This document shows positions 46,327 through 56,126 of a stretch of 57,673 nt of DNA, piece after piece. Position 1 is the first letter of the stretch, and each line of letters starts with the position of its first letter. This DNA comes from Bacteroidia bacterium. GTDB lineage: Bacteria > Bacteroidota > Bacteroidia > UKL13-3. A model generated the notes under the pieces. The model did not search any database and had not been told where the DNA came from. It saw nothing but the letters and a program-made list of their open reading frames with translations. A program made the position numbers and the translations under genes. The stretch lies in NCBI GenBank assembly GCA_044360615.1, contig JBIKKC010000001.1, positions 1 through 57,673 of the forward strand. Direction: 5' to 3'.

Positions 46327-46929
46327 ATGAGAGGTATCATTTGCCTTAAGTAAATGATACCCTTCTCCATCATATTCTAGGAGATAAAGGCATAAATTAC
46401 TATGCGCAAAATTTTCCATCTCCGTTAAAGGCCTGTTAAGCATTGTGCATAACAGGCTTTTCATTGCTCTACCATGCATACATACCAAAACGGCATCTGC
46501 ATCATAACTCGTTATTTTATTTATAATAGGCAACTGACGTGTTTGTAATTCAATAGCACTTTCGCCTGCCGCTAACTTAGCAAAGAAATTTCCAGCACCC
46601 CAAGCATTCACAACCTCCCAATAGGTTTCTCTCTCCTCTTTACTTTGTGGTTTTCCTTCATAAATTCCCCAGCTAATTTCATTTAATTCTGCATGTGCAG
46701 AATACTTAAAACCATTATCAATAAATGGTAAAACACTTTGTTGCGTTCTAATTAATTTAGAAGTAAAAATATGCTTGAACCTAATTTGTTGGTAATAATT
46801 ATAAAATGCAGAAGCTTGCTGTTTTCCTCGCTCATTAAGCTCCATATCAACGCCACTGCCCTGCACAATCCCTAAGCGATTGAAATCTGTTTCCCCATGC
46901 CGGATGATGTAAACTAACTTTCTTTTCAT
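46318..46929 (-). CDS. histidine phosphatase family protein
   Basis: 203 aa. RHG motif VYIIRHGETDFN and second His in VCMHGRAM. The 3' end overlaps the convergent ACAD gene by 9 nt. Confidence 0.88.
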   Translation of the reverse strand: MKRKLVYIIRHGETDFNRLGIVQGSGVDMELNERGKQQASAFYNYYQQIRFKHIFTSKLIRTQQSVLPFIDNGFKYSAHAELNEISWGIYEGKPQSKEERETYWEVVNAWGAGNFFAKLAAGESAIELQTRQLPIINKITSYDADAVLVCMHGRAMKSLLCTMLNRPLTEMENFAHSNLCLYLLEYDGEGYHLLKANDTSHLS

Positions 46930-46955
46930 TTCGAAAGTAAATATCAGTAATATAA

Positions 46956-48146
46956 TTGAAATTTATAAATAGAATTTATACCTTGCTCGATATAGAATTA
47001 ATTTTGAAAACTTTACAACTTAAATTTACCCAAAATGAAGGATGGGTTAAACCAAATAATCCTTCCGAAAATTTTGAAGCCGATTTAATTTTTGCTTTTG
47101 GGTCAACCCAACTTATTAAAGAGGGAATAGCATTGGCTGCATTAAAAGCACGATACCCAAATGCAATATTTATGGGTGGAAGTTCGGCAGGTGAAATTTA
47201 CGATACAAGCGTTTTAGATGATACTATTATTGCCACCCTAGTTAAGTTTGAGAAAACCAAAATAAAACAGGTTTCCCTATCAGTAAAGGAAGTTGCAGAT
47301 AGTTATCAAGTAGGGAAAACCTTAGTATCTAATTTAATTGAGGATAATCTAAAACATGTTTTTATCATGAGTGAAGGTTTAAACATCAATGGCTCTGAAT
47401 TGGTGAGAGGACTGCGCGACTCTCTGCCAGCTAATGTAACTGCAACTGGAGGCTTAGCCGGAGATGGTGCCAACTTTAATGAAACCTATATTTTAAATAA
47501 AGACGGAAAGCCCACAGAAAAATTAGTATCGGCATTGGGCTTTTATGGCGATAACTTGCATATATCTTATGGCAGCCTTGGAGGATGGGATAGTTTTGGA
47601 GTAGAACGTTTAGTTACCAAATCTAAAAGCAATGTTTTATACGAATTAGATGGAAAGCCAGCACTAGAGCTATATAAATCCTTTTTAGGAGAGCATGCTA
47701 AAGACTTACCATCATCAGGATTATTATTTCCACTAAATTTAAGAACAGGAAGAGACAGTGAACCTGTTGTAAGAACTATTTTAGCTGTAGATGAAACTTC
47801 ACAATCATTAACGTTTGCAGGTGATATTCCAGAAGGTGCTTACGTGCGCCTTATGAAAGCCAATTTTGACCGTATCATTGAAGGTGCAATAGGAGCTGCA
47901 AAAAGCACGATTAAAGAGAATAAACAGGAGCCAGATCTTGCCATTCTTATTAGTTGTGTTGGAAGAAAGCTGGTTTTAAAGCAGATGGTAGAGGAGGAAG
48001 TTGAAGGTGTTAGAGAGGTATTAGGAAATGGTACTATCTTATGTGGATTTTATTCTTATGGAGAAATTTCTCCTTTTTCTTCTGAGACAAAATGTGAACT
48101 ACACAACCAAACTATGACCATTACCACCTTTACAGAACATTTTTAA
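46956..48146 (+). CDS. FIST domain sensor protein
   Basis: FIST N and C modules (GGSSAGEIYD, ISCVGRKLVL, FYSYGEISPF). The ORF opens at TTG 46956. The alternative TTG at 47004 is preceded by a TACCTTGC box at 46979-46986 and may be the real start. Confidence 0.82.
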   Translation: MKFINRIYTLLDIELILKTLQLKFTQNEGWVKPNNPSENFEADLIFAFGSTQLIKEGIALAALKARYPNAIFMGGSSAGEIYDTSVLDDTIIATLVKFEKTKIKQVSLSVKEVADSYQVGKTLVSNLIEDNLKHVFIMSEGLNINGSELVRGLRDSLPANVTATGGLAGDGANFNETYILNKDGKPTEKLVSALGFYGDNLHISYGSLGGWDSFGVERLVTKSKSNVLYELDGKPALELYKSFLGEHAKDLPSSGLLFPLNLRTGRDSEPVVRTILAVDETSQSLTFAGDIPEGAYVRLMKANFDRIIEGAIGAAKSTIKENKQEPDLAILISCVGRKLVLKQMVEEEVEGVREVLGNGTILCGFYSYGEISPFSSETKCELHNQTMTITTFTEHF

Positions 48147-48172
48147 TTGTGGCTTAACTAAATAATTGCTGT

Positions 48173-51100
48173 ATGCATAGACTATTAAAAAGACAGCTCA
48201 AAAAACTATTTGGTGAAATTACACCTAATGATGAATCGTATCAAAACTTGGTTGACCTTATAGATGATAGTTACAATCAATTCCAATCCGATTATAATAA
48301 ATTAGAGCGTATTTTAGAGTTAAGCTCAAAAGAATCATTTAAAGAATTAAGTAATTTTAAACATGCCATTAATTCAGCTGCCCTTGTTTCTCTTACAGAC
48401 TTAAAGGGTAATATCTTAATGGCCAATGAAAATTTTTGCAAAATATCTGGCTATAGCCTAGGCGAATTAATTGGTAATAACCATAGTATCATCAACAGCG
48501 GATTTCATGAGCCAGAGTTTTGGAAAAATATGTGGGCGCAGGTTTCTTCTGGAAAAATATGGCATGCTGAAGTTTGTAATAGAAAAAAAAGTGGAGAAAA
48601 CTATTGGGTAGATTCTAGTATTATACCTTTTTTAAACGACCAAGGAAAACCTTACCAATACCTTTCTATTCGTTTTGATATTACAAGCCGAAAAAAAATT
48701 GAAAAGGAGATAAAAACCTTGGCTTTAGTTGCCCGCAAAACACAAAATGCGGTAATCATTACGGATAAGGATGTAAAGACCATTTGGACAAACGAAGGAT
48801 TTGAAAGAATTACAGGATACAGCTTTAAAGAAATTGAAGGTAAAAATCCAGGCCATTTGCTTCAAGGCGCGGAGTCTAACCCAAAAACAATCAAAGAAAT
48901 GTCGGAAGCATTTCGTAACGTTAAACCCTACAGCGGGGAGATTGTAAATTATACTAAAACTGGTAAGAAGTATTGGATAGCTGTCAACATTACCCCAATC
49001 ATAGAAAATGAAGAACATATTGGTTTTATAGCCATAGAAAGTGACATTACTGAGAAGAAAGAATTTGAACTGCAACTGCAAGAAAATGAAGAGAAATTTA
49101 GACTATTAATAGAATCTGCCACAGACATTTTTTATTATACAGATAGTAACGGGAACTTTACCTATGTAAATGATATTGCTACCCAAATCACTGGATATAC
49201 AAATCAAGAGTTATTAAAAATGAACTATTTGGACTTGGTTCAGCCAAGCCACAAAAACATCGTCAGACAGTTCTATTTAGAGCAAGCAAAAAAAGGTCAA
49301 AAAGTAACGTATTACGAGTTTCCAATTGTAACCAAGACCGGTAAAAATGCCTGGATTGGGCAAAACGTGCAACTTTATATTAATAAAAATGAGAGGCGCG
49401 GTATTCAAGCCATTGCAAGAGATATTACTTCTTTAAAAGATGCGCAATTAGAAATAGGAAACTCTCATAACTTTTTGAACCAAATTATTAATTCTATTCC
49501 GAGTCCACTTTTTGTAAAGGACAGTGAGCAGAATTGGGTAATGGTAAATGATGCTTACGCTAAGCTTACCAATATTCCAAAAAATGATATCCTTGGCAAC
49601 AAAGACATCGATTTTCTCCCTATAGCAGACGCAAAAATATTTATGGAGCAAGACGATGCACAGCTGCAAATAGGCGAAGAAATGGTGAGAGAGGTAACTT
49701 TTAAAAACAGTAATAATGAAGAAAAAATATTGTTAGTAAAAAAGTCTATTTTTAATAATCAAGGTAAAAATTATTTAATAGGAGTTATAACAGACATCAC
49801 AGAATTTAAAGAAAGAGAAAATCAAATATTATTATATAACAAGATCTCAGACCAAATCTCAGATGCTATTTCTGTTGCCGACTATCAAGGAAATTTGATT
49901 TACGTAAATGAAACACATGCACAAAACTTAGGTAAAACTAAAAAAGACATTATACAATCTAATGTTTTGGAGGTTGAAAAAATATTTCCAAATATAGAAG
50001 CATGGCATGCGCATTACGATGAAATAAAGCAAAAAGGTGAATTGCTAATAGAAGGCGAAAATATTAGGTTAGATGGCAGCACTTTCCCAGTTGAAGCAAG
50101 TGTTAAGTATATAAGATTAGATGATAAGGGTTATGTGGTTGCTACTATTAGAGACATTACAGAAAGAAAAAAAAATGAAGAAGCAGTAAGAAAATTAAAA
50201 GAATTCTATGAGACAGTATTAAATAAAATCCCTTCCGAAGTGGTGGTTTTTGATAAAGACCATCATTATTTATTTGTAAATGAAACAGCCATTAAAGATA
50301 AATTTAAAAGAGATTGGATTATTAACCATACAGATTACGATTACTGCGCGCATTTTAACAAACCCGTCCGCATTGCAGAAGAAAGAAGTATATTATTTAA
50401 AAAGGTTAAAGAATTAAAAAGCCAATTAGAGTTTGTAGAAGAAGTAGTAACAAAAGAGGGTTCAAACATTAATGTTTTGAGGCGCTTTTATCCTATATTA
50501 GATGAAAATAACGAAATATTACATATCATTGGTTTTGGAATAGATATAACCTCTAGAATAGATGCGGAAAAACAAACCAAAGAAAGCGAAGAGCGACTTA
50601 AATTAGCCACCCAAAGTGCTAACCTGGGTATTTGGGATTGGGATATTCAAAATGACGTACTCGTATGGGATGAATCTATGCATAAAATATTTGGAATAGG
50701 TGCGGAAGAATTTACCCATAATATAGCAGCCTTTAAAAGTGTGTTGCATTTAGAAGATTTAGAAAAGGTTGATAGGGAGTTATCAAAAGCGTTAAATCAA
50801 GGACAAGATTTTAGTGGAACATATAGAATAATTCAGCAACCAGCTACAATTAAATACATCACCGCATTTTCGAAAGCTTTTTATAACGCTGAAGGGCTAC
50901 CCATTAGAATGATTGGGGTAAATTACGATGTAACTGAAAATACACTTATTCAACAAAAGATACTTAAACAACAACAAGACTTAGAAGAAGCACAACACAT
51001 TGCTAAGTTAGGTGCATGGGAAATTGACGTTAAGACCAGAACAATTTTATGGTCTAAAGAAATGTTTAGCATTTGTGAATGTGAAGTAGCGTTTCAACCC

Positions 51101-52051
51101 AATTTAAATGAAACCTATGCACTATTTACTCCACAAACTAGGGAACCTGTTATTCAATCATTTTATAACGCGATAGAAAAGTTTGAGCCCTTTGAACTAG
51201 AAGCTCAACTAAAAACTAAAAATAACACAATCATAGATGTAAAAGTAAAAGGCATTCCAGCCAAAGAAGATAATAAAATTGTTACAATCAGAGGAATTAT
51301 TCAGGATATTACAAAAGAAAAAGAGGGCAATAGATTGCTTTTAAAATATACAGAAGAACTTGAGAAGAAAAATAAAGAATTAGACCAATTTGCTTACGTA
51401 GTTTCACACGATTTAAAAGCACCTCTAAGAGGAATAAATAATCTTAACCTTTGGATTGAAGAGGATATTGGAGAGAGCATTGAAGGAGAAACAAAACGAA
51501 ATTTGGCCTTAATGCGCAATCGTGTTAAGCGGATGGAAGGTCTTATTGATGGTATTCTCCAATATTCTAGAGCAGGAAGAATTAAACACGAAGCAATTAC
51601 ATTTAACTTAAAAGAATGTCTCGAAGAATTGCTAAGTAGTTTTAGCGTACCAAGCAATTTCAAAATTAGCATTTCAGAAAAAATGCCAACCTTAACTACA
51701 GAGAAAATTGCCATCGAGCAGGTATTCTCAAATTATATTAGTAATGCCATTAAGTACAATTCTAGTGCTGAACCTACTATAGCTATTACATACCAAAAGA
51801 AGGAGAACTTCTATGAGTTTTGTGTGGAGGATAATGGTCCTGGCATTGAAAAAGAATTTCATGAAAAAATATTTGTCATTTTTCAAACCTTACAGTCAAG
51901 AGATACCTTTGAAAGCACTGGTGTAGGGTTAGCCATAGTTAAAAAAATGGTGGAAGAAAAAGGGGGTAAGGTTTGGATTGAATCCGAAAAGGATGCCGGT
52001 TCAAAGTTCTATTTCTCTTGGCCAATTAAAGAGGAAGAAATTGAAGCATGA
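48173..52051 (+). CDS. soluble multi-PAS sensor histidine kinase (eight PAS/PAC modules, no receiver)
   Basis: 1292 aa with no TM segment. Eight PAC ends: RFDITSRKK, ESDITEKKE, ARDITSLKD, ITDITEFKE, IRDITERKK, GIDITSRID, NYDVTENT and IQDITKEKE. H-box FAYVVSHDLKAPLRG. ATPase boxes EDNGPGI and GVGLAIVKK. Confidence 0.93.
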   Translation: MHRLLKRQLKKLFGEITPNDESYQNLVDLIDDSYNQFQSDYNKLERILELSSKESFKELSNFKHAINSAALVSLTDLKGNILMANENFCKISGYSLGELIGNNHSIINSGFHEPEFWKNMWAQVSSGKIWHAEVCNRKKSGENYWVDSSIIPFLNDQGKPYQYLSIRFDITSRKKIEKEIKTLALVARKTQNAVIITDKDVKTIWTNEGFERITGYSFKEIEGKNPGHLLQGAESNPKTIKEMSEAFRNVKPYSGEIVNYTKTGKKYWIAVNITPIIENEEHIGFIAIESDITEKKEFELQLQENEEKFRLLIESATDIFYYTDSNGNFTYVNDIATQITGYTNQELLKMNYLDLVQPSHKNIVRQFYLEQAKKGQKVTYYEFPIVTKTGKNAWIGQNVQLYINKNERRGIQAIARDITSLKDAQLEIGNSHNFLNQIINSIPSPLFVKDSEQNWVMVNDAYAKLTNIPKNDILGNKDIDFLPIADAKIFMEQDDAQLQIGEEMVREVTFKNSNNEEKILLVKKSIFNNQGKNYLIGVITDITEFKERENQILLYNKISDQISDAISVADYQGNLIYVNETHAQNLGKTKKDIIQSNVLEVEKIFPNIEAWHAHYDEIKQKGELLIEGENIRLDGSTFPVEASVKYIRLDDKGYVVATIRDITERKKNEEAVRKLKEFYETVLNKIPSEVVVFDKDHHYLFVNETAIKDKFKRDWIINHTDYDYCAHFNKPVRIAEERSILFKKVKELKSQLEFVEEVVTKEGSNINVLRRFYPILDENNEILHIIGFGIDITSRIDAEKQTKESEERLKLATQSANLGIWDWDIQNDVLVWDESMHKIFGIGAEEFTHNIAAFKSVLHLEDLEKVDRELSKALNQGQDFSGTYRIIQQPATIKYITAFSKAFYNAEGLPIRMIGVNYDVTENTLIQQKILKQQQDLEEAQHIAKLGAWEIDVKTRTILWSKEMFSICECEVAFQPNLNETYALFTPQTREPVIQSFYNAIEKFEPFELEAQLKTKNNTIIDVKVKGIPAKEDNKIVTIRGIIQDITKEKEGNRLLLKYTEELEKKNKELDQFAYVVSHDLKAPLRGINNLNLWIEEDIGESIEGETKRNLALMRNRVKRMEGLIDGILQYSRAGRIKHEAITFNLKECLEELLSSFSVPSNFKISISEKMPTLTTEKIAIEQVFSNYISNAIKYNSSAEPTIAITYQKKENFYEFCVEDNGPGIEKEFHEKIFVIFQTLQSRDTFESTGVGLAIVKKMVEEKGGKVWIESEKDAGSKFYFSWPIKEEEIEA

Positions 52052-52539
52052 AACCTTTAAACTTTTTGCTGCTCTTTCTGCTTTTGTTTTTGGGGAATAG
52101 CACTATAGCTCAAATCTGCTCTGACCCAAACCTAGCCTCCCCAGGTTTTAACTGCAACAAAGAATACCAACCAGTATGCGGATGCGATGGAAAAACCTAT
52201 AGAAACATTTGCAATGCACAATACCAAAATGGTGTGTTTTATTGGAGTGACGGCCCTTGCGGAGGAATTGAGTTCGACATCATACCAACTTTTAGCGGCC
52301 CATTAGACCCACCCATGGAATTTACCTTTGTACAAAATAAAGGCATACCCGCATCCTTATATATATTTGACTACCAAGGCCATTTAATACATCAACAAGC
52401 CTTGCCAGCTATCAATAATTTCAATCCTCCCTATTTTCAAATCTATTTCGATCTTATCAATTATAAGCCTGGAGTTTATATTATGTCTGTCACCAATTCA
52501 CAAGGCGACTACCGTTGGAAGAAATTCGTACGTTACTAA
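52048..52539 (+). CDS. secreted Kazal-type domain protein with T9SS-like C-terminal domain
   Basis: The ATG overlaps the kinase TGA (ATGA). Signal peptide MKPLNFLLLFLLLFLGNSTIAQ. Kazal core CNKEYQPVCGCDGKTYRNICNAQ...GPCG. The C-terminus ASLYIFDYQGHLIHQQ...PGVYIMSVTNSQGDYRWKKFVRY resembles a sorting domain. Confidence 0.8.
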   Translation: MKPLNFLLLFLLLFLGNSTIAQICSDPNLASPGFNCNKEYQPVCGCDGKTYRNICNAQYQNGVFYWSDGPCGGIEFDIIPTFSGPLDPPMEFTFVQNKGIPASLYIFDYQGHLIHQQALPAINNFNPPYFQIYFDLINYKPGVYIMSVTNSQGDYRWKKFVRY

Positions 52540-52784
52540 GATTTACTATGAGATTTCTGCAGTTCCACCGTGCTCATTGATAGATTTTATGCGTTTTACG
52601 AACAGCCATTGAAGACTCTGCCTCGCTCATAACTTGACAATTGAGGGCTATTCCCATTTTTTTATTAATTTAACTCTTATTTTTGAGCAAGTTAAAGTTT
52701 TTTTATTGAGCCTTTGAGAATAGAATTGTAAAAGTTCTTACACACCCTCAAGAAAATCAACTAAATAAGATTTTTTAACATTTA

Positions 52785-52816
52785 GTTGTGAATTACAAAT
52801 TCCTGACCTATTTTTG
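52785..52816 (+). promoter_or_regulatory. Bacteroidota-type promoter for rplM-rpsI-rpsB
   Basis: TATTTTTG at 52809-52816 is an exact TAnnTTTG, 26 nt upstream of the GTG start. A GTTG element at 52785-52788 lies about 20 nt further upstream. Confidence 0.6.
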
Positions 52817-52842
52817 CGACCCCTTATTAAACAGATACAAGC

Positions 52843-53286
52843 GTGGACGCATTAAGTTACAAAACTATTTCAGCCAATAAAGCTACAACAACCAAAACTT
52901 GGTTTGTTATTGATGCTGAAGGGCAAACACTTGGCCGATTTGCCAGTAAAATTGCCAACATATTACGAGGTAAGCATAAGCCATCATTTACGCCTCATGC
53001 AGATTGTGGCGATTATGTAATCATTATTAACGCCGAAAAAATCCGTTTTACCGGAAACAAGGTGAATGATAAAGAGTACAAATTTTTCTCTGGATATCCA
53101 GGAGGTTTGCGCTACGAAGTGGCAAAAGATATTTTGGTACGCAGACCTACTTATGTAGTAGAACATGCCATCAAAGGAATGTTACCTAAAAACAAATTAG
53201 GTTCAGAACTATTCCGCAACCTTCATGTTTACGCTGGAGCTGAACATCCACATGGTGCTCAGCAACCTAAAGATTTAAAATTCTAA
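52843..53286 (+). CDS. rplM: 50S ribosomal protein L13
   Basis: GTG start. [33 protein letters not shown]. Confidence 0.97.
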   Translation: MDALSYKTISANKATTTKTWFVIDAEGQTLGRFASKIANILRGKHKPSFTPHADCGDYVIIINAEKIRFTGNKVNDKEYKFFSGYPGGLRYEVAKDILVRRPTYVVEHAIKGMLPKNKLGSELFRNLHVYAGAEHPHGAQQPKDLKF

Positions 53287-53289
53287 TCA

Positions 53290-53676
53290 ATGGAAATCAA
53301 TAACGCATTAGGAAGAAGAAAAACAGCCGTTGCCCGTGTTTACCTCACAGCAGGTACTGGTAATATGACTGTTAACAAAAAGGATTTAAAAACCTACTTC
53401 CCAACCCTTAGCCTCCAAATGGCAGCTAACAAACCTTTCGAATTAACCAGTACTACTGGGCAATTTGATGTTACTGCACATGTTGATGGTGGTGGAATTA
53501 CAGGACAGGCAGATGCCCTTAAACTAGCAATTGCCCGCGCATTGGTAAAACACAACGCAGAAATGAAGCCAGCTTTAAAAGTAGGTGGCTTGCTTACTCG
53601 CGACCCAAGAATGGTTGAACGTAAAAAACCTGGTCAAAAGAAAGCTCGTAAGCGTTTCCAGTTCGTAAAACGTTAA
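53290..53676 (+). CDS. rpsI: 30S ribosomal protein S9
   Basis: GGGITGQADALKLAIARAL and the basic tail RKKPGQKKARKRFQFVKR. Confidence 0.97.
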   Translation: MEINNALGRRKTAVARVYLTAGTGNMTVNKKDLKTYFPTLSLQMAANKPFELTSTTGQFDVTAHVDGGGITGQADALKLAIARALVKHNAEMKPALKVGGLLTRDPRMVERKKPGQKKARKRFQFVKR

Positions 53677-53698
53677 TCAGAAACATTTTAAAATTTCT

Positions 53699-54442
53699 AT
53701 GTCTAATATCACGCACGAAGAGTTGCTGGAAGCGGGAGTGCACTTTGGTCACTTAACCCGTAAATGGAATCCGAAAATGGCCCCATATATCTTTATGGAA
53801 AAAAACGGAATCCACCTCATTGATTTACACAAAACAGCTGTAAAGCTGGATGAGGCCGCTAATGCCATTAAAAACATTGTTAAATCTGGACGTAAAGTTC
53901 TTTACGTAGCTACCAAAAAACAAGCGAAAGAAATCGTTGAAAACGAGGCAAAAAGAGTAAATATGCCTTACGTTTGCGATCGTTGGTTAGGTGGTATGTT
54001 AACAAATTTTGGTACCGTAAGAAAAAGCATTAAAAAGATGCAAACACTTGAGAAATTGGCTCAAGACGGAACTTATGTTAACATTAACAAAAAAGAACGC
54101 CTCATGATTGAGCGCGAAAAGATTAAGTTGAAAAAAGTATTAGGTGGAATTGCTGATTTAAACAGATTACCTGCTGCGTTATTCATTGTGGACATTCGCA
54201 GAGAGCATATTGCTGTTTCAGAGGCAACCAAACTTAATATTCCAACTTTTGGAATCGTAGATACAAATTCAGATCCTACGCAAGTAGATCATCCTATTCC
54301 AGCAAATGATGATGCAGCAAAATCAATTGCACTCATTACCCGCTACATTACGGATGCTGTAGTTGAAGGATTATCAGAACGCAAACGCGAAAAAGAGGAA
54401 ACAGCAGACAAAGAAGCTGTAACCGAAAAAGAAGAAGCTTAA
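53699..54442 (+). CDS. rpsB: 30S ribosomal protein S2
   Basis: LLEAGVHFGHLTRKWNPKM, with an acidic C-terminal tail. Confidence 0.97.
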   Translation: MSNITHEELLEAGVHFGHLTRKWNPKMAPYIFMEKNGIHLIDLHKTAVKLDEAANAIKNIVKSGRKVLYVATKKQAKEIVENEAKRVNMPYVCDRWLGGMLTNFGTVRKSIKKMQTLEKLAQDGTYVNINKKERLMIEREKIKLKKVLGGIADLNRLPAALFIVDIRREHIAVSEATKLNIPTFGIVDTNSDPTQVDHPIPANDDAAKSIALITRYITDAVVEGLSERKREKEETADKEAVTEKEEA

Positions 54443-54447
54443 ATATT

Positions 54448-54481
54448 AAAAAGCCTTCCCATTAAGGTGAAGGCTTTTTTT
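54448..54481 (+). terminator. rho-independent terminator after rpsB
   Basis: AAAAAGCCTTC (54448-54458) pairs with GAAGGCTTTTT (54469-54479). A T-run follows, and the site is 6 nt after the rpsB stop. Confidence 0.8.
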
Positions 54482-54508
54482 AAAATAAAAAATTAAAACT
54501 ATCAAAGG

Positions 54509-55339
54509 ATGACAACCATTTCAGCATCAGATGTAAACAAACTCCGCACCATGACCGGTGCCGGTATGATGGATTGTAAAAAAGCATTGCAAGAATCTAA
54601 TGGCGATTTTGAAGCTGCCGTAGATTTTCTTCGTAAAAAAGGTGCAAAGATTTCTGCAAATCGTGCAGACCGTGACGCCAAAGAAGGTGCAATCATTGCT
54701 AAAGTAAATCAAAATAAAACAACAGGTGTAATTCTTCAATTAAGTTGCGAAACTGATTTCGTTGCTAAAAATGAAGATTTCGTTGCCTTTGCTCATAAAT
54801 TAGCTGATATCGCTTTGGCTAATAATGCTGCAGATGCTGATAGCCTTAAGGCATTATCAATGGACGGTACAAGTGTTGGCGACAAAATTATTGAGCAGGT
54901 TGGTAAAATCGGCGAAAAAATAGATGTAGTAAAATACGAAATTATGAATGGCACCAACTTGGTTCCTTACATACACGCTGGAAATCGTATTGGCGTATTG
55001 GTATCTTTAAATAATCCAGCAAATGAAGCAAACTTCATGGGAGGTAAAGACGTGGCTATGCAAATTGCTGCCCTTAACCCTGTTGCTTTAGATAAAGGTG
55101 ATGTTGATGCTACTATTATAGAGCGCGAATTAGCTATTGGCATGGACCAAGCTCGTGCTGAAGGAAAACCTGAAAATATGCTTGAGAAAATTGCCCAAGG
55201 TAAATTAGGTAAGTTCTACAAAGATTCAACCTTATTAAATCAGGAATTTGTAAAGGATAGCAGTAAAACTATTGCTCAAATGCTAGATGGCATAGAAAAA
55301 GGGTTAACTGTTAACGCTTTTAAACGAATTTCTTTATAA
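54509..55339 (+). CDS. tsf: translation elongation factor Ts
   Basis: N-terminal UBA-like VNKLRTMTGAGMMDCKKAL. 276 aa. Confidence 0.96.
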   Translation: MTTISASDVNKLRTMTGAGMMDCKKALQESNGDFEAAVDFLRKKGAKISANRADRDAKEGAIIAKVNQNKTTGVILQLSCETDFVAKNEDFVAFAHKLADIALANNAADADSLKALSMDGTSVGDKIIEQVGKIGEKIDVVKYEIMNGTNLVPYIHAGNRIGVLVSLNNPANEANFMGGKDVAMQIAALNPVALDKGDVDATIIERELAIGMDQARAEGKPENMLEKIAQGKLGKFYKDSTLLNQEFVKDSSKTIAQMLDGIEKGLTVNAFKRISL

Positions 55340-55345
55340 TTTTTG

Positions 55346-55377
55346 AAAATCCTCTCCTTAGTGAGAGGATTTTTTTT
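55346..55377 (+). terminator. rho-independent terminator after tsf
   Basis: ATCCTCTC (55349-55356), loop CTTAGT, GAGAGGAT (55363-55370), then T7 (55371-55377). Confidence 0.85.
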
Positions 55378-55418
55378 GCTTATTATTGCCATATCTAATC
55401 TAAAAAACTCTAACTAAC

Positions 55419-56126
55419 ATGAAATACAATCGCGTTCTTTTAAAATTAAGTGGTGAAGCACTTATGGGAAATCTTCAGTACGGAATAGATCCAAAAATTT
55501 TAGAACAATATGCAAAAGATGTTAAACAAGTTGTAGATGCTGGCGTTCAAGTAGCCATTGTGATTGGTGGTGGGAATATATTTCGTGGGGTACAAGGAGT
55601 TGCCGGCGGCCTTGTTGAGCGCGCGCAAGGCGATTATATGGGAATGCTGGCCACAGTAATTAATGCTATGGCTTTGCAAGGTGCCTTAGAAAAATCTGGC
55701 ATTCGTACCAGATTGCAAACCGCAATTCAAATGGATCAAATTGCCGAACCATTTATTAGAAGGCGCGCCATTAGGCATCTTGAAAAAGGAAGAGTGGTTA
55801 TTTTTGGAGCTGGAACAGGAAATCCATATTTTACTACAGACACTGCGGCCTCCCTTAGAGCTGTAGAAATTGAAGCTAACTTAGTACTTAAAGGAACTCG
55901 TGTAGATGGAATATATACTGCCGACCCAGAAAAAGATAAAAATGCGGTTAGGTTTGAAAATATTTCCTACGAAGAAGTTTATGAACGTGGCTTAAACGTA
56001 ATGGATTTAACAGCTATTACCCTTTGCCAAGAAAATAAAATGTCGATTGTTGTTTTTGATATGAACAAAGAAGGTAACTTTTTAAGCGTATGCAAAGGCG
56101 AAAACGTGGGAACAACAGTAAGCTAA
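55419..56126 (+). CDS. pyrH: UMP kinase
   Basis: [20 protein letters not shown] and [14 protein letters not shown]. Confidence 0.96.
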   Translation: MKYNRVLLKLSGEALMGNLQYGIDPKILEQYAKDVKQVVDAGVQVAIVIGGGNIFRGVQGVAGGLVERAQGDYMGMLATVINAMALQGALEKSGIRTRLQTAIQMDQIAEPFIRRRAIRHLEKGRVVIFGAGTGNPYFTTDTAASLRAVEIEANLVLKGTRVDGIYTADPEKDKNAVRFENISYEEVYERGLNVMDLTAITLCQENKMSIVVFDMNKEGNFLSVCKGENVGTTVS

